Source: an uncultured Candidatus Actinomarina sp. (GTDB lineage: Bacteria; Actinomycetota; Acidimicrobiia; Actinomarinales; Actinomarinaceae). Taken from it: 64,000 nucleotides of DNA. The notes below the pieces were generated by a model. That model did not search any database. It saw only the letters and a list, made by a program, of their open reading frames with translations, and was not told the DNA's origin. The translations under genes were made by a program, and so were the position numbers. Numbering within the stretch: the first letter of the stretch is position 1; every line of letters starts with the position of its first letter. The DNA is taken from contig CACAND010000001.1 of assembly GCA_902533795.1 (NCBI GenBank), positions 10,159-74,158 of the forward strand, in the 5' to 3' direction. This document shows positions 1-9,307 of the stretch, piece after piece.

Positions 1-356
1 ATATGTAGGCATTTGTAAGTTGTATTTTTTAGTAAGAATTGAAATAATTCCCGCAGCATTGGAACTTCCACCACCTAAGCCAGCTTCGATTGGAATATTT
101 TTTTCAATTATTATGTGAAAGAATCCAGGTAAATTAGATCTACTTCTTAATAGATTTAAAGATTTTGATATAGTGTTTTCTTCGGAAATTCCTTCTTTAT
201 CAAATTGGATTTCATCAACATCAGCATTGGTTTCTTTAATTTCTATTGAATCATACAAATTTATGGGGACCATTAGTGAACTTACGTTATGAAGCCCATC
301 CTCAACTTCTTTTGAAATTTTTAAATTTAAATTAATTTTTGCGTATGTGTTTATTT

Positions 357-1148
357 TCATGAATTAATTTCTGCAATTGCCAAATAGTTTTCAGGTGTCA
401 ATTCCTGTGGTCTTAAGTTTAAATCCAATGAAAGTTTTTTTGAAGATTCTTCGTCTATATAATCTTTTAAAGCAGTTTTTATTTTTTTTCTTTTTTGCTG
501 AAAAGCAACTTTGGAAATTTCAAAAGCTTTCATTCTCATATCTTCATCAATTAAAGTCTCTCTTTGAATAGTGACAACCGTAGATAAAATTTTTGGTTTA
601 GGTTCGAAACAATTTTTGCTTACATTGAACTGAACTTTTGAATTTGTAAATAAAGATGCAAGAACTGACAGTGATCCATATTGTTTTGTATCTGGCTTTG
701 CCACAATTCTTTCTGCAACTTCATCTTGTAGCATCACTACATATCGATGTATTTGGGGAACTTCAGTTATTAATTTTACTAACAATCTAGTTCCAATATT
801 GTATGGAAGATTGCCGACCATTATCCACCATGGACCGGTTAATTGACTATAGTCGTAGTCCATTGCATTCTCATTAATGATCTCTATATTTGGAACTTCT
901 CCAAAACGTTCTCCAAGTATATTTGTTAATTCGCTATCAACTTCTATCGCTTTAATCCTGTAATTATCTTTTAATAATTCGTTCGTTAATGATCCTGTTC
1001 CAGGCCCTATTTCTAATATCGGATCAGCAAGTTGTCCTTGTACAAGTTTCGTAATTTTTCTAGAAATATTTGAATCAATTAAAAAATTCTGTCCCAAACT
1101 TTTTTTTGGCTTTATATTTAATTTATTTATCCAGAAAATTTCACTCAT
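357..1148 (-). CDS. rsmA: 16S rRNA (adenine1518/1519-N6)-dimethyltransferase
   Basis: 263 aa. Contains the GQNFLID and LEIGPGTGSLT SAM-binding motifs typical of KsgA/RsmA. The stop codon is TGA at 357-359, overlapping the upstream gene's ATG (ATGA). Confidence 0.9.
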   Translation of the reverse strand: MSEIFWINKLNIKPKKSLGQNFLIDSNISRKITKLVQGQLADPILEIGPGTGSLTNELLKDNYRIKAIEVDSELTNILGERFGEVPNIEIINENAMDYDYSQLTGPWWIMVGNLPYNIGTRLLVKLITEVPQIHRYVVMLQDEVAERIVAKPDTKQYGSLSVLASLFTNSKVQFNVSKNCFEPKPKILSTVVTIQRETLIDEDMRMKAFEISKVAFQQKRKKIKTALKDYIDEESSKKLSLDLNLRPQELTPENYLAIAEINS

Positions 1149-1918
1149 GATTGCCTGCCTAATAATCTTCTAGAATTTTCAATTGTAATTTCGGATAATT
1201 TTTTTTGATCAATATCTAATATATTTGATATCTTCATAGCTGTATGTTCGATGAAATTCGGTCTGTTGTCTTGTCCTCTTAGTGGAACAGGAGCTAAATA
1301 GGGTGTGTCCGTTTCAAGAAGTAATTTATCAATTGGAATTTCCTTAACAGAAAGCTGTAAATCTTTTGCTGTGTCATACGTAACGATCCCAGATATTGAA
1401 AAATATACCCCTAATTCAGCGAACCGTTTTGTCCACTTCCTTCCGCCTGTCCAAGAATGTAAAATTATGGAAGAGGGATTGTTAAATTCAACAAGTTGGT
1501 CGTAAGTGTCCTGAAAACTGTCTCGACAATGAATAATGATTGGCTTATCAAGTTGTTTTGAATACTCAAGATGAAATAAGAAATTCATTATTTGTTCATC
1601 TTTTGTTGATAAATTTCTATAAAAATCAAGACCTGTCTCTCCAATTAAGTCTGCCTCTTGAAAAAGGTTCGCTAGCGACTTCTTTTGAGAATTTAATAGT
1701 TTTGCATCATGTGGATGTAGACCCGCAGACCAATAGCTTTCGAGGTCTATCTCAGAACTTATCTCTTTAGCTTTTAAAGATGATTCAAAATCTACTCCTG
1801 GAATTATTAAAAATTCAATATTATGAAAATTTTCACTATCTAATGTTTCATCAATTAGTTGCAGATGACAATGAGTATCAACCCATTTCATTTTCTTATA
1901 AGATTGATTTTTATTCAC
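1145..1918 (-). CDS. tatD: TatD-family metal-dependent DNase/hydrolase
   Basis: 257 aa. N-terminal VDTHCHL motif and overall TIM-barrel TatD signature. Stop is TGA. Confidence 0.85.
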   Translation of the reverse strand: MNKNQSYKKMKWVDTHCHLQLIDETLDSENFHNIEFLIIPGVDFESSLKAKEISSEIDLESYWSAGLHPHDAKLLNSQKKSLANLFQEADLIGETGLDFYRNLSTKDEQIMNFLFHLEYSKQLDKPIIIHCRDSFQDTYDQLVEFNNPSSIILHSWTGGRKWTKRFAELGVYFSISGIVTYDTAKDLQLSVKEIPIDKLLLETDTPYLAPVPLRGQDNRPNFIEHTAMKISNILDIDQKKLSEITIENSRRLLGRQS

Positions 1919-1945
1919 TACTATAAGAATAGGAGTATTAGAAAT

Positions 1946-2185
1946 ATGGTCAAAGGTAATAAATCTAAGATTGATAATTTAGGAAGAGTAGTAATACCAA
2001 AATCAATTAGAAATGCTCTTAACGTTGAACATAACGATGAAATAACTATGCGTGTTGAAAATCAATCATTGATTATTACAAAAAATAATAGTACGTGCAG
2101 TATTTGTCCTGAAGAAAAGGTTGAAGTACAGATCAAAGATAAGTTTTTATGTAAAAGCTGTGTTGACACAATTAAAGATTTTTGA
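1946..2185 (+). CDS. AbrB/MazE-type (SpoVT_AbrB) DNA-binding protein with C-terminal CxxC...CxxC zinc ribbon
   Basis: The true start is the internal ATG at 1946, preceded by AGGAG at 1931-1935. N-terminus LGRVVIPKSIRNAL is the AbrB-N swapped-hairpin motif. C-terminus CSICPEE...CKSC supplies four Cys. Confidence 0.5.
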   Translation: MVKGNKSKIDNLGRVVIPKSIRNALNVEHNDEITMRVENQSLIITKNNSTCSICPEEKVEVQIKDKFLCKSCVDTIKDF

Positions 2186-2987
2186 TTGAGTCATAAATTT
2201 TATTAACTTTCTCTTTATTTAGTGAAGAAATGATTTTTGCAATTTCTCTTTTAGGTACTTGAAACTCAATTAGTTTTTTTGCAAAAATTTCTATATCTAT
2301 ATCAAGAGTGTTTAATTTATCTGATTTATCTATAACAAGAGTAACTTCTCCTCTATATTTGTTCTCAGGTATATCTTTGAGAAGCTCTTGCGCTGTTCCT
2401 CGGTATACAGATTCAAATTTTTTTGTTAACTCACGACAAACTACTATTTCATTCTGTAAGTCTTTGCTTACAAATTCTTTTAAGTCATTCATGAGTCTAT
2501 TTGGTGATGTAAAACAAACTAAAGGATGAGAAGCTTCAGAAATAAGATTATAAAAATTAGTTCTTTCTTTTCCTGACTTAGGTATAAAGCCTAAAAAAGT
2601 AAATCTATCTATTTCAAATCCAGACAAGGTTAAAGCAACCAAAACGCTAGAGGGACCTGGGATAGAAACTATCTCATGGTTATCTTCAATTAACTGTTGA
2701 ATCAGCATATTTCCCGGATCAGAGATAAGAGGTGTTCCTGCATCTGAAATCAAGGCAACAGATTTATTTTCACTTAACAAATTTGAAATTTCAGATACTT
2801 TCTTAATTTCATTTCCCTTAAAGTATGATTTAACTTCTTTTTTCAGGTTCAAATGAGATAACAATTTTTTTGCTACTCGAGTATCTTCTGCATAAACAAC
2901 ATCTACTTTCGATAAAGTATTCACCAATCTTTCCGAAATATCTTCTAAATTTCCGATAGGTGTTGGGCAAATATAAAAAGTAGCCAT
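2172..2987 (-). CDS. rsmI: 16S rRNA (cytidine1402-2'-O)-methyltransferase
   Basis: 271 aa. N-terminus YICPTPIGNLEDIS and the tetrapyrrole-methylase-like fold signature of RsmI. Confidence 0.85.
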   Translation of the reverse strand: MATFYICPTPIGNLEDISERLVNTLSKVDVVYAEDTRVAKKLLSHLNLKKEVKSYFKGNEIKKVSEISNLLSENKSVALISDAGTPLISDPGNMLIQQLIEDNHEIVSIPGPSSVLVALTLSGFEIDRFTFLGFIPKSGKERTNFYNLISEASHPLVCFTSPNRLMNDLKEFVSKDLQNEIVVCRELTKKFESVYRGTAQELLKDIPENKYRGEVTLVIDKSDKLNTLDIDIEIFAKKLIEFQVPKREIAKIISSLNKEKVNKIYDSIKNL

Positions 2988-2988
2988 T

Positions 2989-4386
2989 TTAAAAATTTGT
3001 ATTACATATCTCTGATGAACAGTCGCTCAAAAAATTACTAATGAAATCAAAATCATTTGAGAGAGCAAGTCTTAAATAATTGCCATCATTATAAATCCAT
3101 AAGTTTGTCTCTCCTTCGTATAGGTTTCCTATCCAATTTCCTTTATCGTTTGATAATTTTGTAAATCTTGTTTGAAAATTAGCCCAATTCATGAATGCTT
3201 CTGCAATTTCATTTAACTCGGTTGAATTGTCTCCTTGAATTTTTACGGTCATGAATAATTGATTTTTATCATTTACATAATCAACCCAGGAGCCACCTCC
3301 AAGCCCAATAGCTGCATCAACAGCATCAACCCGACCAATTGTTGTTTGTAATAAATAAACAATATCGAGCGAATCAAGCTGGCCTTCTTCAAGAAAAGAA
3401 AATTCTTCTAATTCAAGTGTTTCAATTTCGACATTAATGTATGGTTCCTCAGAAAAATATTTTTCAGGTGCATAAATTTGCTCAGCAGTTGGTAATTTAT
3501 ATAATGCTTCATTCAATGCATCCATTCTTCCATTGCTATGAATTTGCTTACCCAATCGACCTCCAAAATCATAATAAAGGTCATTTGGTATATAAAAATA
3601 ATCAGGTAATGAAACAGAGCATCTAAAATTTGGACGTTCTGAAGTCATTCTTTGTCTATCGTATGAATCTAAGTTGGATACCCAATATGCTTGTACTAAA
3701 TCAGCTTGAGCCTCCATTATTGATCGTCTACCTGGATAATTCATAAAATCATCATTTTCTTTCATGGTGCTGTACCAGTCTGAAAGATCAATTATTTGGC
3801 CTTGAAGTGAATGAACTAATTCGTGGACAATTACAGATTGCTCCCAAAGATTCAATTTTGTTTGATTACGTTTAACAGGAACTCTTAATATTTTATCTAA
3901 GAGGTTATAAGAGCCTGCTGAAGCACATCTTTGAAACTCTACAATAAGTTCTTTCATTTTTTCAGGTGAGGCCTTTGTTAATCCCCACATGTTCTCTGAT
4001 AAAACAGCTCTCTCCCATTCACCTTCTTCATAATCTTTTTCAAAGTCATCAAGATAAGATGCAGCATTGTAATCTCTGTAGCCTTCTAAAGTGTATAAAT
4101 TGAATTCAGGATATTCAGTAAACTCCAAGCCTGTTCTTTTTTCAACAAAAGCAATCAACTCATCGAATTGTTCTTTCATTGCTGGACTAGCTGTAAGCAG
4201 TTCAACTCCAAATTCATCAACAATAATTTCTTCCTCAACTTTTATTGTTGTAGTTGTTGAGGTTGTTTCGACAACACTTGTTTCAGTAGTAGAAGTGGTA
4301 TCAACAATTTCAGATTGAGGGCTTGATCCTGTCGTACAGCTTGTTATTAAAAAAATGGTTAATAAATAATTTAAGTAATTTCTCAT
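2989..4386 (-). CDS. lipoprotein, putative gluzincin-type zinc metallopeptidase with Thr-rich linker
   Basis: Signal peptide plus lipobox LITSC. Thr/Ser-rich low-complexity linker (TTSTTETSVVETTSTTTT). HELVH followed 32 residues later by EAQAD, giving an HExxH...ExxxD gluzincin arrangement. Confidence 0.5.
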   Translation of the reverse strand: MRNYLNYLLTIFLITSCTTGSSPQSEIVDTTSTTETSVVETTSTTTTIKVEEEIIVDEFGVELLTASPAMKEQFDELIAFVEKRTGLEFTEYPEFNLYTLEGYRDYNAASYLDDFEKDYEEGEWERAVLSENMWGLTKASPEKMKELIVEFQRCASAGSYNLLDKILRVPVKRNQTKLNLWEQSVIVHELVHSLQGQIIDLSDWYSTMKENDDFMNYPGRRSIMEAQADLVQAYWVSNLDSYDRQRMTSERPNFRCSVSLPDYFYIPNDLYYDFGGRLGKQIHSNGRMDALNEALYKLPTAEQIYAPEKYFSEEPYINVEIETLELEEFSFLEEGQLDSLDIVYLLQTTIGRVDAVDAAIGLGGGSWVDYVNDKNQLFMTVKIQGDNSTELNEIAEAFMNWANFQTRFTKLSNDKGNWIGNLYEGETNLWIYNDGNYLRLALSNDFDFISNFLSDCSSEICNTNF

Positions 4387-4439
4387 AGGATTTAAGAATA
4401 ATTGTAATCTTAAATATTGAGATACAAATAGGAGGAATC

Positions 4440-4847
4440 ATGATAAAAGAATTTAGAAACTTTATCAATAGAGGTAATGTTGTTGAGCTTGGAGTTGCAT
4501 TTGTTATGGGTGCATCGTTTAAGTCTTTAGTGGATGTATTTACAAAAAAATTAATTGAACCACTAATTGGATTAATAATTAATTTGCCAAATCTTGATAA
4601 TCTTGGTCTTTTTGGCGATGTTGATCCAAACTCAGGATTGCAATCTGGAAGCTTTGGAGCTTTTTTAGGGGAGATAATTAATTATCTCATCATTGCGTTT
4701 GTAATGTTTTTAGTTATAAAGGCATACAATCATTTTGAGGATATGGTTGACGATGAAGAGAATGATGAAGTCGTTGCAACAGAATCAAAAGAGGTAACGC
4801 TTTTGAAAGAAATAAGAGACGGAATAAATAACCTTCAAACAAAGTAA
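4440..4847 (+). CDS. mscL: large-conductance mechanosensitive channel
   Basis: 135 aa. MIKEFRNFINRGNVVELGVAFVMGASF is close to the canonical MscL N-terminus and TM1. AGGAGG RBS sits upstream. Confidence 0.85.
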   Translation: MIKEFRNFINRGNVVELGVAFVMGASFKSLVDVFTKKLIEPLIGLIINLPNLDNLGLFGDVDPNSGLQSGSFGAFLGEIINYLIIAFVMFLVIKAYNHFEDMVDDEENDEVVATESKEVTLLKEIRDGINNLQTK

Positions 4848-4853
4848 CATTGA

Positions 4854-6626
4854 TTGGTAATGAAACAGAATAATTTAAAAGATCTCTATAAATATGCCGA
4901 AGAGAACGAAGCAAAAGTCAAAAGAGGAATAATTTACTCAATTCTAAATAAACTATTTGATCTCGCTCCTCCTGTTTTAATTGGTATCGCTATAGATATT
5001 GTTGTTGAGGGATCAGAATCTTTTATCGGAAATTTTGGTTTTGAGGACAGAAGACAGCAATTAATTATTCTTGCTTTTATTACATTTGTAATTTGGGGTT
5101 TCGAATCAATCTTTGACTATGTTGCAGCAGTTACATGGAGAAATATAGCTCAAGATCTTCAACATTCAATGCGAACAGAAACGTTTAATAAAACCTTAGA
5201 TTTAGATTTATCTTTTTTTGAAAATAAATCATCTGGAAGATTGATGGCCATACTTAACGACGATGTTAATCAGATGGAGAATTTTTTAAATGAGGCCGCA
5301 AACAGATTGATTCAAACAGCAACAACAGTAATTGTCATTGGTGCAACGTTTCTCTACATCTCACCTCTTGTTGCAATCTTTGCTTTCATTCCAATTCCAG
5401 TAATCGTTTTTGGTTCCTATAAGTTTGTTCAAAGAATTGGGGAAAGATATTCAAAAATAAGAAATAATGTTGAATCATTGAATGCACATTTATCTAATTC
5501 CATTACTGGAATCTTGACAGTAAAAAGTTTCAATCGAGAGAAAAAAGAGTATAAGAGAATAGATTCAGCTTCAGATGAAGTTAAAACTGCAAATTATGAT
5601 GCTATAAAGTTATCAGCAGCATTCATACCAATAATAAGAGTGGCTATATTATTCGGATTTACGGCAACATTATTAATTGGCGGCTTTCTCGCACTCGATG
5701 GTCAGATAAAAGTTGGTATGTATTCAGTTATGCTTTTTATAACCCAAAGATTGCTTTGGCCTCTTACTGAATTAGGTATGATTTTTGACTCATTTCAAAA
5801 AGCCATGGCATCTTTCAGAAGAATTATGAATCTACGAGATACAAATCCAACCATTAATGATGGTGAAACAGAATTATTAGAACTTAAAAATAAAATTAGC
5901 TTTGAGAATTTAAATTTTGAATATGTAAAAGATTTTCCAGTTTTAAAAAATATAAATATCGAAATTGAGAAGGGAAAAACAACTGCGATAGTTGGTAGTA
6001 CAGGATCAGGTAAATCAACTTTAATAAAATTAATTTTGAGATTTTATGAAAAAAATTCTGGAAAAATTTTATTTGACGAACATGAAATAGAATCATTGTC
6101 GTTAGAAAGCATAAGAAACAAAATTGGGCTTGTAAGCCAAGATGTATTTCTTTTCGAGGGAAGTGTTTTTGAAAATATTGCATATGGAAATATCGAAGCA
6201 AACAGTGAGGAAGTTTGGAATGCAGCAAGGCTTTCAGAGTCAGATAGCTTTATCAATGATCTTCCAAATAAAGAAGACACAATAGTTGGGGAAAGAGGTC
6301 AAAAGCTTTCAGGTGGACAAAGGCAGAGAATTTCAATTGCCAGAGCAATCCTTAAAAATCCTGAAATACTTATTCTTGATGAAGCAACATCAGCGGTAGA
6401 CAATGAAACTGAGGCGGCAATACAAGAATCACTTGAAACTTTAAAAGAAGGTAGAACTGTTATTGCAATTGCTCACAGACTTTCAACCATAAGAAATGCT
6501 GATTTAATCTATGTGTTAGAAGATGGTGAGATAGTTGAAAATGGAACACATGATCAACTTTTAGGAAATAATAATGTTTACACAAAACTCTGGGACGTTC
6601 AAACAGGAAAAACTAGAAGATTTTAA
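4854..6626 (+). CDS. ABC exporter, fused permease/ATP-binding protein (MsbA-like)
   Basis: 590 aa. Six-TM N-terminal domain, then Walker A GSTGSGKST, signature LSGGQRQR and Walker B ILILDEATSAVD. Confidence 0.85.
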   Translation: MVMKQNNLKDLYKYAEENEAKVKRGIIYSILNKLFDLAPPVLIGIAIDIVVEGSESFIGNFGFEDRRQQLIILAFITFVIWGFESIFDYVAAVTWRNIAQDLQHSMRTETFNKTLDLDLSFFENKSSGRLMAILNDDVNQMENFLNEAANRLIQTATTVIVIGATFLYISPLVAIFAFIPIPVIVFGSYKFVQRIGERYSKIRNNVESLNAHLSNSITGILTVKSFNREKKEYKRIDSASDEVKTANYDAIKLSAAFIPIIRVAILFGFTATLLIGGFLALDGQIKVGMYSVMLFITQRLLWPLTELGMIFDSFQKAMASFRRIMNLRDTNPTINDGETELLELKNKISFENLNFEYVKDFPVLKNINIEIEKGKTTAIVGSTGSGKSTLIKLILRFYEKNSGKILFDEHEIESLSLESIRNKIGLVSQDVFLFEGSVFENIAYGNIEANSEEVWNAARLSESDSFINDLPNKEDTIVGERGQKLSGGQRQRISIARAILKNPEILILDEATSAVDNETEAAIQESLETLKEGRTVIAIAHRLSTIRNADLIYVLEDGEIVENGTHDQLLGNNNVYTKLWDVQTGKTRRF

Positions 6627-7810
6627 TTCAATATTTTAGATGCAATTGATTCACCAATTGCTAAAGAGGCAGTCGCAGCTGGACTTGGAGAATTCAATAC
6701 ATGTAAGGAATTACTTCCCTCTTCGAAAAGAAAATCATCTAATAAATTTCCTTCTTCATCAACTGCCTGGGCACGTACTCCTGATGGAATTTGGGTAATA
6801 TCTTCTGAACTAACACCATTAATTAATTTCTGAATCTCTTTAACAAATACTTTTTTATTTAATGATCTATACATTTCTGACAAACCTGTTTTTAAATATT
6901 TTTTTCCGAGCTTAATCATGCCTGGATAGGTTAAAACTTTTGTTAAGTCGACAAAATTAATATCTGTCCACTTATATCCCTCTTTTGAAAAAGCTAGAAC
7001 CGCATTTGGACCAGCCTCAATATCTCCATTAGCTGTTTTTGTTAAGTGAATTCCTAAAAATGGTAGATCTGGATCAGCTAGTGGATAAATCATGTTGTTT
7101 AAAAGTGAATTTTTCGTATTTCTAATTTTGTAATACTCACCTCTAAATGGAATAATCCTAACATTTGGAGACATACCATCCATTCTTGCTATTTCGTCTG
7201 AAAAAAGACCTGCACAATTGATTAAAAATTCACAACTAAAAGAATTGTTTTTACTCTTAATTTTTTTCACATTATTTAAATTTTCTATTTCTATAATTTC
7301 TTCAATATATTCAATTTCTCCACCTAATTCAATAAATTCATCAGCATAAGTTCTTACAACTTCTCCATAATCTACGACACCAGCCTGAGGTACAAATAAA
7401 CCTGTTTTTATCACAGAATTTGGTTCAATAGATAACAAATCATCATCTTGAACAATATCTACTCCATCCATCTCAAGTTCTTTGCTTCGACTTTGTAAAT
7501 TTTCAAGTTTATCTAAATCATTATCAACAACTACCTTTCCTTCTTGACGATAATTGATACCTCTTTCATTCAAATATTCAATAAGAAGGTTCCTACCTCT
7601 TATTGAAAGTTCTGATTTGGAAGAATTTGGCTTGTAATAAATTCCGGAATGAATGACTCCTGAATTCCTACCAGATTGATGAAGACCCGGTTTTTTTTCT
7701 TTTTCAAGAACTAAAACACTTTTATTTTGTCTTCGTAAGTGAAGAGCAGTAGATAACCCAACAATGCCAGCTCCGATGATTGCAAAATCATATGTGTTTT
7801 TTTTACTCAT
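6623..7810 (-). CDS. lhgO: FAD-dependent oxidoreductase, L-2-hydroxyglutarate oxidase-like
   Basis: 395 aa. N-terminal dinucleotide-binding motif YDFAIIGAGIVGLSTA and HQSGRNSGVIHSGIYY, typical of the LhgO family. Confidence 0.65.
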   Translation of the reverse strand: MSKKNTYDFAIIGAGIVGLSTALHLRRQNKSVLVLEKEKKPGLHQSGRNSGVIHSGIYYKPNSSKSELSIRGRNLLIEYLNERGINYRQEGKVVVDNDLDKLENLQSRSKELEMDGVDIVQDDDLLSIEPNSVIKTGLFVPQAGVVDYGEVVRTYADEFIELGGEIEYIEEIIEIENLNNVKKIKSKNNSFSCEFLINCAGLFSDEIARMDGMSPNVRIIPFRGEYYKIRNTKNSLLNNMIYPLADPDLPFLGIHLTKTANGDIEAGPNAVLAFSKEGYKWTDINFVDLTKVLTYPGMIKLGKKYLKTGLSEMYRSLNKKVFVKEIQKLINGVSSEDITQIPSGVRAQAVDEEGNLLDDFLFEEGSNSLHVLNSPSPAATASLAIGESIASKILN

Positions 7811-7823
7811 TGCATTTTATTAT

Positions 7824-8163
7824 AGTGGAGGTGCGGGGAGTCGAACCCCGGTCCTTTTAAGCTACCAAACAGCTTCTCCGAGCGCATCTGGTGAAATACT
7901 ATTGAGAGAGTCACCAGAAACAAATTCTCAATAGTTTTTACCTTAAATCTTAAAAGTTAGTCGGTAAACTAACTCAGCATCCCACATTTCGACGCCGATA
8001 CTACCCGAGGTGGGAACCCCGGCAGTCGACGAGCAACAATTAAGCTGCTACGGCCAATTTAGGTTTGGCAGTTATCTTTTTTTCCCTACGTTTTTAATGA
8101 GGCCCTAGGACCCTCAGCTCGCTACTGAGAGGCTCGCTTCAAAGTCGAAGCCAGTTCACCCCC
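7824..8163 (-). ncRNA. ssrA: tmRNA (SsrA)
   Basis: 5' end GGGGGTGAACTGGCTTCGAC... (reverse complement at 8163) and 3' end ...CGGGGTTCGACTCCCCGCACCTCCA (reverse complement near 7826) form a tRNA-Ala-like acceptor stem with a G3:U70 wobble and a T-arm GGTTCGACTCC. An internal tag frame ...AKPKLAVAA-UAA has its stop at 8040-8042 on the + coordinates. CCA is only partly encoded. Ends are approximate. Confidence 0.8.
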
Positions 8164-8213
8164 ATATCACTATTATGGCTTTACAATAGTTATTAGCCAA
8201 GACAAAATATTAA

Positions 8214-8861
8214 ATGAAAATTAACAATCAAACATTCAATTTAAATGAGGAATTAATTGTTTCAATTGATCAGGAAGACAATGACGGTCTTATAAATATT
8301 CCTAAAAATATAAATTTGGATATAAAAATTATAAATTATTTTGGAAAAATTGTTATCAACAGTATTTCTATAAATCACCTCCAAGATGAAATATCTTTAT
8401 CAAAAACAGGTCTTGAACAATCATTGAGTAATCTAGACATTAAATTATTAGACCGATTTTTGTTTAAACAATTAAGTGATAAGGCAACATTTAATTATTC
8501 ACCTTTTGATTCTTTTCTTGAGTATGACTTCACAATATTTGAAAAATCAAGAAGGATTTCTGATATTGACTGGTCAATGTTTGCCTCTCTCTATATATTT
8601 GCTTGTAATGTCATTCCCGAATCTATAAAAGTGGAGTTAACACTTGCAAAAAAGCTAAGAATCTCAGAAGAAAGTTTTAAAAGATTTTTGAAGAAGATAC
8701 CTGAAACAATATTTAGAAAAACTGGACATTTGGAATCCAGAGGTGGTAATTTAACCTTCGACGCTGAAGAGATGATAAAAAAGAATTTAACTGATGAGCA
8801 AAGTAAATTATTTGAGGACAGTCCTTTTTTAAAATTTCATTCAGGATCAGATTTGGCTTGA
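8214..8861 (+). CDS. hypothetical protein
   Basis: 215-aa ORF with typical local codon usage. I recognise no motifs. Confidence 0.4.
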   Translation: MKINNQTFNLNEELIVSIDQEDNDGLINIPKNINLDIKIINYFGKIVINSISINHLQDEISLSKTGLEQSLSNLDIKLLDRFLFKQLSDKATFNYSPFDSFLEYDFTIFEKSRRISDIDWSMFASLYIFACNVIPESIKVELTLAKKLRISEESFKRFLKKIPETIFRKTGHLESRGGNLTFDAEEMIKKNLTDEQSKLFEDSPFLKFHSGSDLA

Positions 8862-9277
8862 GGTCTGACCATTGAAATTATATTGTTCGTATTTACTACC
8901 CAAATTTCTCTCGATTTAATATCTGCCTCATTCCAGCTCACTCCTGTATCTCTCCTATACGGCTTGCCTGTATACCGATTGGATAAATAATCGATATGCT
9001 CATTTGCACTATCATTATCAATAATATTTTCAACAACACCTCTTATTTCCCAACTTGAATACATTTCAGTTGGATGAAATATAACAATCGTAAGATTTGG
9101 GTTAATACGAATATTTTGAGTTTTTTTTCTTCCTTGCTCAGTATTAATAAGAATTTTATTTTCTTTGTAATCAACCCACATCAGATGATTTTGAATAATG
9201 TTTTCATCAATATTTGTGGCGATTGCACAAAATGCATTGTTATCAATTGCTAACTTTAATTCACTTGGTAATTGCAT
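8837..9277 (-). CDS. PPOX-class (pyridoxamine 5'-phosphate oxidase family) F420/FMN-binding protein
   Basis: 146 aa. Split-barrel family pattern (N-terminal AIATNIDENIIQNHLMWVDY...ILINTEQGRKK). It sits in a genome that also encodes cofD and cofE. Confidence 0.55.
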   Translation of the reverse strand: MQLPSELKLAIDNNAFCAIATNIDENIIQNHLMWVDYKENKILINTEQGRKKTQNIRINPNLTIVIFHPTEMYSSWEIRGVVENIIDNDSANEHIDYLSNRYTGKPYRRDTGVSWNEADIKSREIWVVNTNNIISMVRPQAKSDPE

Positions 9278-9307
9278 TATTAATAATTTTAAGTAAGACT
9301 TCTATTT

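Noticed and set aside
7811-8213. A tmRNA-associated genomic island or integrase at the 3' end of ssrA
   Set aside because: The tmRNA 3' end is followed within about 15 nt by the start of lhgO, a housekeeping-type gene. No integrase, direct repeat of the tmRNA 3' end, or compositional shift is visible.
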